A stretch of DNA of 64,000 nt from Yuukianura sp. NJ FZ-2021 (taxonomy: Eukaryota), in contig CM102285.1 in assembly GCA_046563655.1 (NCBI GenBank), positions 6,448,001 to 6,512,000 on the forward strand, written 5' to 3'. The notes beneath the pieces were generated by a model. The model worked only from the letters and a program-made list of their open reading frames with translations, made no database searches and had not been told where the DNA came from. Positions 11,359 to 23,821 of this stretch are shown here, piece after piece; the first letter of the stretch is position 1; each line of letters opens with the position of its first letter. Made by a program: the position numbers and the translations under genes.

Positions 11359-13049
11359 CTTCGGTCGGGAATGCTTATAATACCAAAAATTAGTTATTTT
11401 TTTCCCCTGGAAAAGTCGCGCAAGCGCTAACCTTTAATCTCACTTCGACTGAGTGATACCGCGATTATTTTTGTATGTTTGTCAATATTTTAGGCTATCA
11501 TTTTTTCTGGTTCTTGGCTACATGCTATTATGTTTAACCGATAACCGACTTGGAAAACGGTACCGCTGAAGCGATCCATTACTCACCCAAACAAACAAAC
11601 GACACACGGGATGGATAAATAATACTGATTATAGACTAGCTGCTACACCTACTGATGTCCGGTGCTTGTGGATTTGGGACCAAGTTAGTATACACGCCAA
11701 AACTCTTCAATTACGTACAGATCCAAATTAAACTTCGCCCCACAGAATTAAATAGCGGTAAGGTAACCCTACAGAATTGCATTATCCATTGGGTTAAACG
11801 GTACAAACTGGCAAATTTTTTAAACAAGAAAGTTATCAAAGGTAATTTTGTTGTGCACACGAGCTTTTGACTTTTAGTCAGACCGGTTGGTTACTCAGAC
11901 TAGACGTTCTCAGTAATGAAATGAATGCGCAAATACAAATCCTGTTTCCTCCGTATCACAAAAAGAATCATTAAATGTCGTAATGGCTTACATTTTGGAA
12001 GCAAAAGCGTGGGTAACTTTTTGTATGTTGCGGTCGTTGAAAATATGACCTCCAATTCCAACTGCAAACGGTGTCCTTGTTTTGAAGATTCGACAATTTA
12101 AGAATTCTCCCAATTATTGAACTACTACGAAGTGCCATCCACTCGATTCAACGTCAGCTCCAAGTCGCCTCGCCTACTAATAACAAGTAACAATAGAATT
12201 AGTAGTAACCGGTTAGAATTGAAGATTAAACTGTTGCAAGAACGACTGCCAAAAATGAAAATACATATACCAGAAAACAACACGTGAAAGTAGGAAAACT
12301 GGAACTGACTAAACAGCTGAATAAGCAGAATACTCTTTTCCTATTGAGCGATGTTATGGGGGGAAATTTCAATACACAATAGCATGTTTTTCGTATTAGG
12401 AATATCAAAAAACGGGCAATTCGAATTGCGGAGAACGCTGTTGCGTAAAATCGTGATTGCCAACTACAACTGCGAAAAATGGTGACAGTCGTGTTCCGTT
12501 GCCAAAAATCCAGGCAGATAATTTCTATTGCCAAAATGCTGACTGTTAATTTCCACTGCGAAAAAAAGTTGAGAGGCGATTCCTACGGCATTTTCTCGTA
12601 TGTAACGCGCTCTCGCCCATAACGTTCATCCTGACAACTTCACATAATATATGGCAGGGAACAACATGGGTAAGGAAGGTGAAATAGAATACTAGTTAGG
12701 TAGTGCGAACAGAAACTTTGTTACGATACCACGGCATTTTTTATATCGCCTCACTCGTTGAAAAATACCGAAATCGTCAGATTAAAATCCCAGGCGCTTA
12801 TCTACACAACACAAGCGGTATATGGGTTTATATATAGGATACCAGCTTAGGACGCGGTCGCTTTTCACAAATTTTGATATCATTAACGGTATTTCTAAGT
12901 CCATCCTAAGGGTCTCTTGGCACAAATTTTACAAACTGAGCGAAAATTTCGGAAGCTTAATTTCGAATTGAAGTAAATCACCAAAACATCGGCAACTGTT
13001 TGTATGTTTGTACCTTGTACGAAAGGCAAAACGAGTCTAAGTATTCTCA

Positions 13050-13710
13050 AATCTATTTGAGTCAAATTCAGAGCCGTGCCACGCGTTTGGTTTGTTCTCT
13101 AATTTCATACGTAGCAATGACGACAATCAGCGGTAAATTCCCCACTTTAAGAAAAAGTGGGATAGTGCCGCCCATTTCATATCGCTTGCAGAAAATATAT
13201 TTGAGTCAAATTCAGAGCTGTACCACGCGTTTGGTTTGTTCTCTAATTTCATACGTAGCAATGACGAGAATCAGCGGTAAATTCCCCACTTTAAGAAAGA
13301 GCGGGAAAGTGCCGCCCAATTCATATCGCTTGCAGAAAATATATCTGAGTCAAATTCAGAGTCGTGCCACGCGTTTGGTTTGTTCTCTAAGTTCTTACGT
13401 AGCAATGGCGAGAATAAGCGGTAAATTCCCCACTTTAAGAAAGAGCGGGAAAGTGCCGCCCAATTCATATCGCTTGCAGAAAATATATTTGAGTCAAATT
13501 CAGAGTCATGCCACGCGTTTGGTTGGTTCTCTAATTTCATACGTAGCAATGACGAGAATCAGCGGTAAATTTTAAACTTTGGGGAAAAGTATTGAAGTGC
13601 ATGCCAATGTAGATCGCTTGCTACAAATTTTTTTGAGTCAAAGCCAGATTCATGCCACGCGTTTGGTTTGTTCTCTAATTTTATACAAAGCAATGAGAAG
13701 AATCGGCGGA
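13050..13710. repeat. Tandem repeat, 144-bp unit, ~4.5 copies
   Basis: GAGTCAAA anchor at 13059, 13203, 13347, 13491 and 13635. The last copy is diverged. Confidence 0.92.
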
Positions 13711-15117
13711 GATTTCCTTTGGACCACTTCCTGAGGTCAGAGGTCAATGCAAACATTTCACCAAATTTTCTTTCGGTTGATTTCTGACCTCAGGGTGTGG
13801 TCGTAGGGTCATAGTCTTTAGGCAAAAAATACTCCACTCATGATTCTGAACAACTTACATAAGGGTCATTTTTTAAGGATTGTCAGGGGTCCCCACTTCA
13901 CTTTCCGGACTCAAAAAATTTTTGACTCCAGAATTACCAAAAAAACGGCAACGGCACCCTTGGGGTGAAAATTTTTTTTTGCTCCAAACGTTTAAAAAAA
14001 CGTTTGAAACGTGATATAAAGTGAAAAAAAAACGAAAAGAAAACATTTTTTTTTTTTTGAATATTTTGACCAAAAAAGTTTCATGGTCCCAGAAACGGAA
14101 GTCTAACCGCATATTATGCTAATAGCATAAACATAAATTCGCTCATTGAACTTGAGCAATTAAATGTCAGTTTTTTGCGTGAAAATTTTAAAATAGACGC
14201 TAAAACCACTACAGAAATGAGTTAGAATTACTTCATAACATCATAACTTTTAAAACCAACAAAGGCAGAAAATTGAATACAGCTGAATATGTCCAGTACT
14301 CATACTTGTATAGTACCAGATACCCGGTGTACGGGGCTAGTGACCCGGTGACTATAAGGAAGTTGTACAATTTAGTAACATTTTTTTACCCCTGGACCTG
14401 GTCTACTCATAGGATCCCGCTGCACTATAACTGCGCCCGCTGCACGGTGTACTATTAGGGAAAATATGGTATTTACTAAGAATGGGACGTGCTGTTCTAG
14501 TTTGAAATTCAGTACAAAGACTCTCGACATAAAACACCAGTAGAAACACCCTAGAGCAATTTACAATTTTTCTGTACTGCATCGGGCGTTGGTTACTAAT
14601 ATCTGGTTGTGATGATCTGTCATTAAATGCCATGTCAGTTTGGCACCGATTTTGTTTGTTGGGGGTAGTTCCAGCATATTGCAAAGAGGGGAGCACCAAC
14701 TTTCTCTCTGCCCTTCCTTGATTATCGATTTGTACGAATACAACCGAATTTTGAGAAGCTTTAAGGGGGAGAAAGAGGGTTTGTCTGGATGGAACCATTT
14801 ACTGCAGCAGGGAGACTTCAGTCAGTTGCGGTGACTATTCATTCTAGAGTTAAAGTTAACTACCTATACCGAAACCCTTCACACGGGTAAATCTTTATTA
14901 AAAAAATTGCAATTTGCAAATTGTGAAACATTACTGACGCACCCCCAGACTTCAAGTGATTTCTAAATAACAATAAAACTACTATAGACTTCTATCATCC
15001 TACTTTAGTGAACGTGAGAAATATGAGAGATGAATCATAATCAGTGCCTGGAGCGGCAAGGAAGCATGCACCAACGACTGCCGTCATTTTCCCTTTCCTC
15101 AGTAGATCCATTTAAAG

Positions 15118-15465
15118 ATGCCGTCCAAAAAATGTGGTATTCCAAGAGACTGGAGTAAATCCGAACAGTTAAGTGTCAGTGAGCGAATTTCTCTCAAATC
15201 AGGAGGAACATTGGGAAGTGGAATTTCATATTCGGCTCGTTTCATCAACTCTGTTTCTGACATATACGGTACAGATGAAATTGATGCTCTGCTCGACGAA
15301 ATTCGGGATTTGGAGCCTATCAGCGTGCGCTCGGATCTCCAGGACTTTGAGATCGATGGCTCGGTATCACGGGGTCAAATTTATGGCGGGTCAGAGAGCA
15401 TGACCTGTGACTCACGAACTTCCGTCCACTCTTGGGATAGTCACGCCCTCTACCATCACAGCGCA
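15118..15465 (+). CDS. MARVEL/CMTM-like membrane protein, exon 1 (Ser/acidic N-terminal region)
   Basis: ATG at 15118, 116 codons, GTGAGA donor at 15466 (phase 0) joins 16271 in frame. Exon 2 also begins with ATG, so this exon is less certain. Confidence 0.65.
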
Positions 15466-16270
15466 GTGAGAGTTAAATTTTACCAACTTTTACTACATCG
15501 TTTTGTTGTTCGGCGTATGAGGGGTTTACTGTTTTAGCAAGCGCGCAGGACTGTTCAGTAACAGTTTAAAAAAAAACAGCGAGAAGAACGGCATGCTAGC
15601 TAATATTCAACCTCATATGAAATTTTTTTTTTAATTTAAAAAGCTTATATCGTCAATCAAATATTCAAATAGAAAGGCGGTGGCGAGGAAGAGGTAAGAA
15701 AGGAAGGAGACGAGTTGAGTTAGGTTCTCAAAGACAACGCATTTCCCGTTTCGCTCCATTCTTCCTCAAAATGCGTAACTTTTTTTTCCGCTAACGTTTG
15801 TTGACGTTAGTTACTTAAAAATTAATTTGACGCAAATGGCATAGGCAACTGGGCGACGTATTAGTCTGCGGCCAAAATTTTTATCGCAGAGATTTCTCGG
15901 AAGGTTGGACTAGAGAATGGATTCCGGGATCCATAGGTGAAAACCAACTACCAATCACAAACGAATGTAGTTATGAGATTTGACGATACAAAAGCGGTTC
16001 CATGGAATTTCTACCAATGACTTGCTACGAAGTCAATTACTTCGAAAGCCAAATTGTTCCGAAAATAGTTTTATTCGCTAATGACGATAGTATAACTTAA
16101 ACTAATGAAAATGATTTATACTCAAACCAGTGTAGTTGTAAGATTATTAACCTACCCAAACTTAACCTTACGAGTTTCCTTCCACCTAACATACCATTAT
16201 ACAGATTATCTGCCTGATTTTTTAATGCAAGTTTGCTTATCTAATAAAACAAACTGTATTTTGTTTTTAG

Positions 16271-16372
16271 ATGGAAGAAGATGGGAGACCAGTAGCTGAT
16301 GGTCCTGTTTCTGTTTACTGTGATTGTCGACACCTTAAAACTCCCATTGGGATTCTCCGGATAATCCTCATT
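16271..16372 (+). CDS. MARVEL/CMTM-like membrane protein, exon 2
   Basis: ttttag acceptor and GTAAGC donor. Encodes MEEDGRPVADGPVSVYCDCRHLKTPIGILRIILI, which resembles the MARVEL start motif (L.T..G.L+I). Confidence 0.8.
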
Positions 16373-16750
16373 GTAAGCGTCTTTTCCTAATATAAACTTA
16401 CTTTGAGCTACAAGTTGGCTGAACAACGATACCACAACAGAAATTTTTATAGCATCGTTAACTCAACTTTCCCCCAAACTGGGCTAGTAATCAAAACAAA
16501 CCCTAAATCGAAACCCATTCGATTCACCTTCGTTGATTTTGGTTTACATACGAGTTTTACTGTTGTTTTGGTTTGAAAGTATACATAGGTAATTAATTTT
16601 GAAAACATCAGTTCATCAGTAGTTGGTTATTGTTCCGCCTTCTCATTTTGCTGACTCTGATTGAACCTATATCTTATTCATATATACATAAATATTCATA
16701 CATACATATATATATATATATTTACACAATAACTTTTCGTCCGCTTACAG

Positions 16751-16945
16751 GCGACCTCTTTGATTGGAATGGTCTGTCTTCTATTGTCCGGGACTGAGGA
16801 ATACGGCGTTTTTACTCTTCCGTTTGTAGCGAGAATCCGTCTTATGCTCTTCATTATTCTGATGACGACCTTAGTAACGGTTTTGCTTCTCTTCCTTGAC
16901 ATCACACTCCTGTACCATGCATTTCCCTTCCACTACCACCGATGG
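16751..16945 (+). CDS. MARVEL/CMTM-like membrane protein, exon 3 (TM1 end and TM2)
   Basis: ttacag acceptor, GTAAGA donor, 65 codons of hydrophobic sequence ATSLIGMVCLLL...LMLFIILMTTLVTVLLLFLDI...HRW. Confidence 0.82.
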
Positions 16946-17154
16946 GTAAGAAGAAAAGGTTCGATTGTAAACCGAATTTACATCTCTAGCCAAGGAATTT
17001 TTTAATTCGTTGCTCTAATTGATTTGTCGAAGCTCTGAAGCCTCTATATAAAGCAAATATGCCATGAATACAAGACAAAATTATACAAAGCAACCCAAAA
17101 TTGTTTAGCATCCCCGGCAAGCGGCAACCCCGATGCGGAGGAATTAAACCAAGC

Positions 17155-17575
17155 TTCATGTCAAAATGATAATGTGCAGATTGTTCATTGGTGATTTTCC
17201 GATGCCCTTAGGAACATAAAAGTTGGTCCAAAGCAGGTGAAGCCATGTACCCACTGTTGTTAAATTAAATGTTATTTTTAAACGCCCAATTAAACCATAA
17301 TATTTTAACTTATAATCGGAATGCAAAAACGAAAGTGACCCAGCTATACCAAATTCAGAAATGTTGAATCAAAATCAAATTGTGGAAGCTGGAAGGAAAA
17401 TATAATTTACTATTTAGAACTTGAAAACCTTCATAAATCCCAATCAAAGAGAGCGATTATCAAATTGCGGTGAGTACAGAGGTTAGGTTAGTACAGAGTT
17501 ACGGTTGTTTTCACAACCATGACAACAAAAATGCAATTTTAGAAATTAACAATGTGCCCATCATTTTGACATGAA
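17155..17575. mobile_element. Intronic MITE
   Basis: TIR TTCATGTCAAAATGAT...ATCATTTTGACATGAA with further matching subterminal sequence. Confidence 0.65.
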
Positions 17576-17685
17576 CTGTAGAATAAACTCCGCGAACATG
17601 CCGACGTTCCGACGACGCTTAAGCTTAAGCGTCGTGGTGTCCCTCCTTTTGTGAAATTTAAGTAACGGAAGGACACCACCATATG

Positions 17686-18185
17686 TAGAGCTGTTCAAGT
17701 TCCATCCGGTTCCGGTTCCTTGAAGAAACGGAAATGGAACCGAAACCGGTCTCGGGAAAAAAGAAACCGAACCGAGAAAATATAAAGAAACCGAACCGGA
17801 ACCGATCCGAAACCGGAACCGAAGTATTTATTAATGGACAGAAAAGTCAGAATTATCAGCAAAAAAAATGGCGAAGAAATCTTAGTTTGACAGTTTAGTT
17901 AATACTATGATACAAGTTTGTGATCCTCTTCAGTAGAAATGATATTGCGCTTTGGGTTTTACACGGTTTGATTGAAGAAAATTGGAACAGTAGCCCGAAA
18001 ATGCCAATATGAGGCAGCCAACCAGTTCTGGTTCCATCCTCATCAAGAAACCGGCCCACCAGACAATGGCACTGGAACCGAACCGGAACCGATTTTCAGT
18101 TTCCAAAAATCAGTGTAACCGAAACCGAAACGAAACCGGAACCGACAAAAGTTCCGCGTTCGGAACCGAACCGTGAACGGCTCTA
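17686..18185. mobile_element. hAT-like MITE (intronic)
   Basis: TIR TAGAGCTGTTCA...TGAACGGCTCTA, many subterminal GAACCG repeats, 8-bp TSD ACCATATG/ACCCTATG (one mismatch). Confidence 0.85.
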
Positions 18186-18787
18186 ACCCTATGTATTGAT
18201 TGCTGTGTGGATAATTTGCCATGTCATTTGTGATTCCTATCATTTCAATTTTTGTCCTGGTCCTAACCCTGTCATGTCCTGGTCTTTTCCATCTTGGGTT
18301 TTTTCATAGTCTGATCTTTCCACTGTTTTTGACAGTTCAGCTTTCATGATATCATAAACATAAAGAAGTAACACGATTTTCGCTTCCAACCGAACCGGTG
18401 GCTATAGGAAAATGGCTTTCACACATTGCATTGTGTATCCGCCCTCGCAATGTTTGTATTACACCAAGTTAACTCTTGCCTCTGCCACCATAAGTATCCC
18501 CGAGCTAGCTTTTTAACTTATTCTAATGTAACTTACCCATGGTAAACTATAATCGTTGCTAGAAATATATGGCGGCATTGGTTATACATTTATCCCTACT
18601 CACATTAACCAAAAGCGGTTAGCAGGTCACTTCTTTCATCTGGAAAATATTTCTTGCTGAAAACAACGCTGTTGTTAGCTTACGTAGAGGACAGTAATTA
18701 AGAGTTTACAATAATTTCAAGTTGAGCGCACTATCTGGATAGGGCGTTGATGCGAATTACTAAAATGTTAATTGTACTACCCCTTAG

Positions 18788-18922
18788 GCAATTGCTATTT
18801 ACACTATGGAGTGCTTCGCGTTTGTGGGAAGTTCAGCCCTAATCGTCACCCTAGTACAGATCTACCAGGAAAGCTTTCCATGGATTCATGATGCCACTCG
18901 ATACACTTTAATGATTGCCAGT
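18788..18922 (+). CDS. MARVEL/CMTM-like membrane protein, exon 4 (TM3)
   Basis: ccttag acceptor, GTAAGT donor. Encodes AIAIYTMECFAFVGSSALIVTLVQIYQESFPWIHDATRYTLMIAS, phase 0/0. Absent from the ORF track. Confidence 0.8.
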
Positions 18923-19440
18923 GTAAGTTTTTACTGAAACTAATACCTAAGTTTAATTGAATAATAATACGTAAGGTTCCCTAAAATTATTTTTCCAAAA
19001 CCTAGTTACTATGGAATTTTTTTCACCCCCAGCGACGTCATGTACAATGTTGCCCAACATTTTCGTAATTTTAGCCTCAAAACTCTCGTGATTAACTTAA
19101 AAGTAGTTTAAAAACTTAGATAATACTGCATTTTAATTTTACACGGAGTGAAGTCACGTTGTTTACTTTTCAAAAATCGATTCTGTTCGCTATGGCTTTT
19201 TTGCCAACCAACCCTGGATAATACCCTCGAAAATTTGTCTCAATTGAGGAATTGTTTTTCTTGGAAAAGGTTATACCTAATTAATATGCAATAACCCGCA
19301 CTCTCATAAAGGCGAGAAAAGAACGAAATTCCCGAATAAAGTTGGTGTAACAGTGACCTCGACTCACAAAGAAATGCTTATGGTGAATTGAGTTAATAAA
19401 GGCTTAAAACAACCAATAACCTCTGATTTCTTTTTCGCAG

Positions 19441-19761
19441 ATTTTTGGATTTTTGGCTGGTACTGAGGCCCTTGTTTTAGCCATTTATGGATTTTACGAT
19501 TTGTGCCGCCTGAATTTGCCTAAGCGGGAAGACACGGACCAAATGACGTTGACAGAGAGAGCCCAACACGAAGCGTCTGTCAGACAGGTTTCAGCGCGTC
19601 CACGTCGTAACAGTGGGTCTCGACACAGAAGTATTTCAGGCCCATGCGATGAGCCACCCGTCACAGCCACCGTGTGGCCCATAGATGATATCCAGCCCTG
19701 TTCGTCTAAACACGTTCACCAATCCAGTAACGCTATTCTATCTGCTTCTACATACTCTTAG
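19441..19761 (+). CDS. MARVEL/CMTM-like membrane protein, exon 5 (TM4 and C-terminal tail)
   Basis: ttttcgcag acceptor. (AS)IFGFLAGTEALVLAIYGFY resembles MARVEL TM4 (A..FGF). TAG stop ends at 19761. Confidence 0.82.
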   Translation: MFGFLAGTEALVLAIYGFYDLCRLNLPKREDTDQMTLTERAQHEASVRQVSARPRRNSGSRHRSISGPCDEPPVTATVWPIDDIQPCSSKHVHQSSNAILSASTYS

Positions 19762-19958
19762 CCTTGTTACATTCGTCATAATAGTCCATAGAATCCTTCT
19801 TGACTCATCTTGAGAATGCAACGTTACAAAATGTAAAAGTAACTTTCGGCAGGCTACTTCACTAAAAGGAGACTCGTTTGTCGCTGTTCAAACCAACCAA
19901 TACGTTGCAATTGCAAATTGAAAACAATAGAAAGCAACGCGTGAGAAGGAAATGAAAC

Positions 19959-20608
19959 AAATGCCGAATTACGGCGAAGGTAATTTGTACATTTGAAATA
20001 TGTAAATTAATAGATTTTGGGTCCTGATTCCGAATTATCAATCCGTTTCTGGTGGCGACTTTCCGTTCCGGAGGTACAAATTTCCAAAGTAGAAAAATGC
20101 TAATTTGCATATTTTAAATGTTAGTAGAGCCTAATAGCCTTAATCAGTGTTGTTCAATTTATCACTATAGGTAGACTTAGACAATAGAACGTACAGACGT
20201 AATCAGGATTGCCTGCTTTACCGAACCCAGGGCCGCGACTTCGACGCGGTAATATATGTTATGCTAGCCACACTTTATCTGTATGACTTGTTTTTGAAAA
20301 AGAAATTGTATTTAATTTTTTTTTCATAATTAAAAAAACAAAATTGAATTTCCTTGGGAAAATGCAAAAAAAAAAAATCCGAGGTACTACCTAAAACTGC
20401 CGCACGGGTTCTCGCCGAAGTCCTCCGCCCTTCGTTCCGCTGGTTAACCTTACTTCTGCCAGAGGTTAAATTGAAATATTTTGAAAATTCGTTTCCTAAG
20501 CCGGATGTTACTGCCTGAAATGGATAGCACATTTAGAATCAGCACCCAAAAATCTATGAGTTTATTTATTTTCAAAATCCAAATGCGATTCGCCGTAATT
20601 CGGCATTT
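19959..20608. mobile_element. MITE with long imperfect TIRs
   Basis: AAATGCCGAATTACGGCGAA...TTCGCCGTAATTCGGCATTT, with arm similarity continuing ~110 bp (TAGATTTTGGGTCCTGATTC vs GAATCAGCACCCAAAAATCTA). Confidence 0.8.
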
Positions 20609-22536
20609 AAGCCGAGAAGACCATAGAAGCGAGCATATTGCATTGATGTTATTACTTCTACATTTTCAAAAATTCAGAAATTAGGAATTTCTAAATACCA
20701 AGGTCAGGTGGTATATATCGCATTTATTTCACTCCCCCCTCATTTGTTTTGTTTTCAACCCATCCTGGAGTGTAGTGTTATATTTCTACAAGCATACGTT
20801 TAAAATAAGTAATATTAATACTATGTATACTAGATGTAAATTTAATGTGCGTATGACGTTTGTTACACAAAAGGAGATATAAAATGTACACCTGTAAGAA
20901 AAAATATAAATGTTAATAAAATCTTGATCAAATAAGACAAGCCAGGAGACGGCAAGGACAAAACTATTGAAGCGTGGTCAAGCACCGATTTTAAAAAAAA
21001 CACTGTATGGGCCGCTGATCCCGAGAATACATTTTGTTTGAGGGGGTTTCAAAAAAAAATTTTTTCCTTTTTCGAAATTTTGAAAAAAAAAAAACAATTC
21101 GAGTTGTTTTCTCCGATTTCGTCTAAAATAGGTTTTTAGACTAATATGCTGAAAGGTTTGATAGCGTAAAGGGGCAGTTTTAGTTTCCCGCGCCCACAAC
21201 GCGGTGTTAGGTTATTGAAGCCCACAATAGTGATTACGGATTTTAATGGCAACCTCTAATGTACCTTTGGTGCCCTTTCATGAGGCTTTTGCGACAGGCT
21301 GTACACTAGTATATATTTTTTCACGTTGACAGGGTCCTTATGGCGGCTTCTGAAGTTCGAAATTTCAGAACTGGGTTATTGTGCCTCTCTTTCTTATTGT
21401 TGAATTATTTGAAAGCATAACAATTACTACGAGTTCAAATGTAGGACGGACTGCTCAGCGTTATCAAAGTATGTCGGTACGTCAAGTTAGGTGCACAATA
21501 AACATGCTGTTAGGATTTGAGGTTGAGAAGAATTCATAAGGCTCTCGAGACTGGCTCTGCATTAGTGACAATTTTTTCATCTTGACGACGACGTGTTTAT
21601 GTGTACTTATGAAGTTGGAAATTTCACAACTGTGTTATTGTGCCTCTCTCCTTTTCTTCCGTTGAATTATTTGAAAGCATAATAATTAATTACTAAGACT
21701 TTGCATGTGGGAAGGACTAATATCAACGGAAAAAAATAATGATTAAAACTCAAACTCTTCATCAATCTTTTATAGACTAAGCCTCAAGTTTTATCGCAAT
21801 CCACAACCCCCTCACAGCAACCGAACACTAGGTCATCGTTTTAAGAGCAACTATTTCTGTTGAAAATTAAATTCGATGTCCGGTAGTGAAAAATCTGTTG
21901 CTAATTCCTAAAAAAAATTCTTAAATCATCAAGCTACATCGCAATGCACCACCCCATGTAGCGACCGCAGAAGAAAATTTTGTTCTGAGACCAAATAATC
22001 GTGTTTGATTTTCAGAATCAAAACAGCTATTGTTGCAAAAAACGTTGGTAATTACAAGAAATAATAAACGGTTGCAAACCGGTGTAAATAAGTAACGTAA
22101 GCTTGTGATCTTCGACATGGTCTGTCCACTTTAATGGTTGACTGGCCTTTCACCCGGAGGGAGGTCATTTAATTAGGTCACGGAGATTAAACCGACTGGG
22201 GTGTGTTCCCCTACCATCCGCACCCTCGGTTAGGGGCTGGGTTGCCCGGGGAAGTGGGGTTGAGTTTTCCGGGTAGTGGTGGTGGGTTCCCCGGTGGAGT
22301 TGTGGTGGGTTCCCCGGGAGAGTGGTTGTGAGTTCCCCGGGGGTGTGGGGGTGGGTCTCCCGGCGGAGAAGTGTGGGCTCCCCCCACGTCCCACTCACCA
22401 GGATGTTAAAACGGAAACAAAGTTCACCTTTGACACGGAAGGAGGTCACTAGGGGTCATGTGATGTACATAAAAGTTGTTGGTCTTGATGAGATGCGGTC
22501 GCCTCAACACACACTCGTTTTTTCGGGGAGTGCATT

Positions 22537-22712
22537 GGGGTGTCCAAATAGCAGCCTCAGGAAGGGATAGAAATCCAGCACTTGCCTCCCTGCATCGGGA
22601 CAGGAAGGACCCACGGCCTCGACTTCTTTTTTCCCTTCCCGCTGGCTAGTTGCGAACTCATGTCGGCCAGTGGAAAAGCCTTGATGGCGTAACCACTGAG
22701 CCAACTCGCCCC
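22537..22712 (-). mobile_element. tRNA-derived SINE-like element
   Basis: The minus strand starts GGGGCGAGTTGGCTCAGTGGTT. Pol III A box TGGCTCAGTGG (22693-22703) and B-box-like GAGTTCGCAAC (22649-22659). No acceptor stem. The 3' end is approximate. Confidence 0.6.
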
Positions 22713-22744
22713 GTGATGGACTAAGCTTCAAGCTTCATTTTTCA

Positions 22745-23820
22745 AAATTCCCATAATTTTCAAAAATAAAAGCACTACCGACGATAAGTTTAAAGTGTCT
22801 TGAAAAAAACTAAAACTGTGGAATACACAGATATTAGCAGAATTCCTCCGTTGTTTTCGACACGGAAACCGCCGCTTAGATTATATGACTTTGTAACCAG
22901 ACTCCTTGCGAGTGCAAATAATATAGCTTCACGTCAGGAATTCTTTTTCACCGGAATCTTGATTACGGAAGCGATTTCTTTATGGGGTCTCCCAGTGATG
23001 TTCCAAAATTTTCAGAAATAAGAACACTATCGAGGATAAGTTTAAAGTGTCTTGATGAAACTAAAACCGTGGAATACAGACATATGAGCAGAATTCCTCC
23101 GTTGTTTTCGACACGGAAACCGCCGCTTAGATTATATGACTTGGTAACCAGCCACCTTGCGAGTGCAAATAATATAGCTTCACGTCAGGAATTCTTTTTC
23201 ACCGGAATCTTGATTACGGAAGCGATTTGTTTATGGGGTGTTATAACTCCCAGGGATGTTCCAAAATTTTCCGAAATAAGAACACTATCGAGGATAAGTT
23301 TAAAGTGTCTTGATAAAACTAAAACTGTGGAATACACAGATATGAGCAGAATTCCTCCGTTGTTTTCGACACGGAAACCGCCGCTTAGATTATAGGACTT
23401 TGTAACCAGCCACCTTGCGAGTGCAAATAATATAGCTTCACGTCAGGAATTCTTTTTCACCGGAATCTTGATTACGGAAGCGATTTGTTTATGGGGTGTT
23501 ATAACTCCCAGGGATGTTCCAAAATTTTCCGAAATAAGAACACTATCGAGGATAAGTTTAAAGTGTCTTGATAAAACTAAAACTGTGGAATACACAGATA
23601 TGAGCAGAATTCCTCCGTTGTTTTCGACACGGAAACCGCCGCTTAGATTATAGGACTTTGTAACCAGCCACCTTGCGAGTGCAAATAATATAGCTTCACG
23701 TCAGGAATTCTTTTTCACCGGAATCTTGATTACAGAAGCGATTTGTTTATGGGGTGTTATAATTCCCAGTGATGTTCCAAAATTTTCAGAAATAAGAACA
23801 CTATCGAGGATAAGTTTAAA
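22745..23820. repeat. Tandem repeat, 258-bp unit, ~4.2 copies
   Basis: CACGGAAACCGCCGCTTAG anchor at 22861, 23112, 23370 and 23628 (251, 258, 258 bp). It ends abruptly at the element starting at 23822. Confidence 0.93.
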
Positions 23821-23821
23821 G

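Noticed and set aside
13000..13575. 191-aa ORF with 48-aa repeats
   Set aside because: A by-product of the 144-bp tandem repeat, with no ATG start at the annotated position and no recognisable domain.
15890..15956. Additional small exon of the MARVEL-like gene (DFSEGWTREWIPGSI)
   Set aside because: It has AG and GT boundaries, but its phases do not fit the flanking phase-0 exons, which already join in frame without it.
22640..22712. Functional tRNA gene
   Set aside because: A and B boxes are present, but I could not form an acceptor stem or cloverleaf. It fits a SINE head better.
22800..23653. Repeated ORFs in the 258-bp array
   Set aside because: Translations of the tandem repeat, with stops in some copies.
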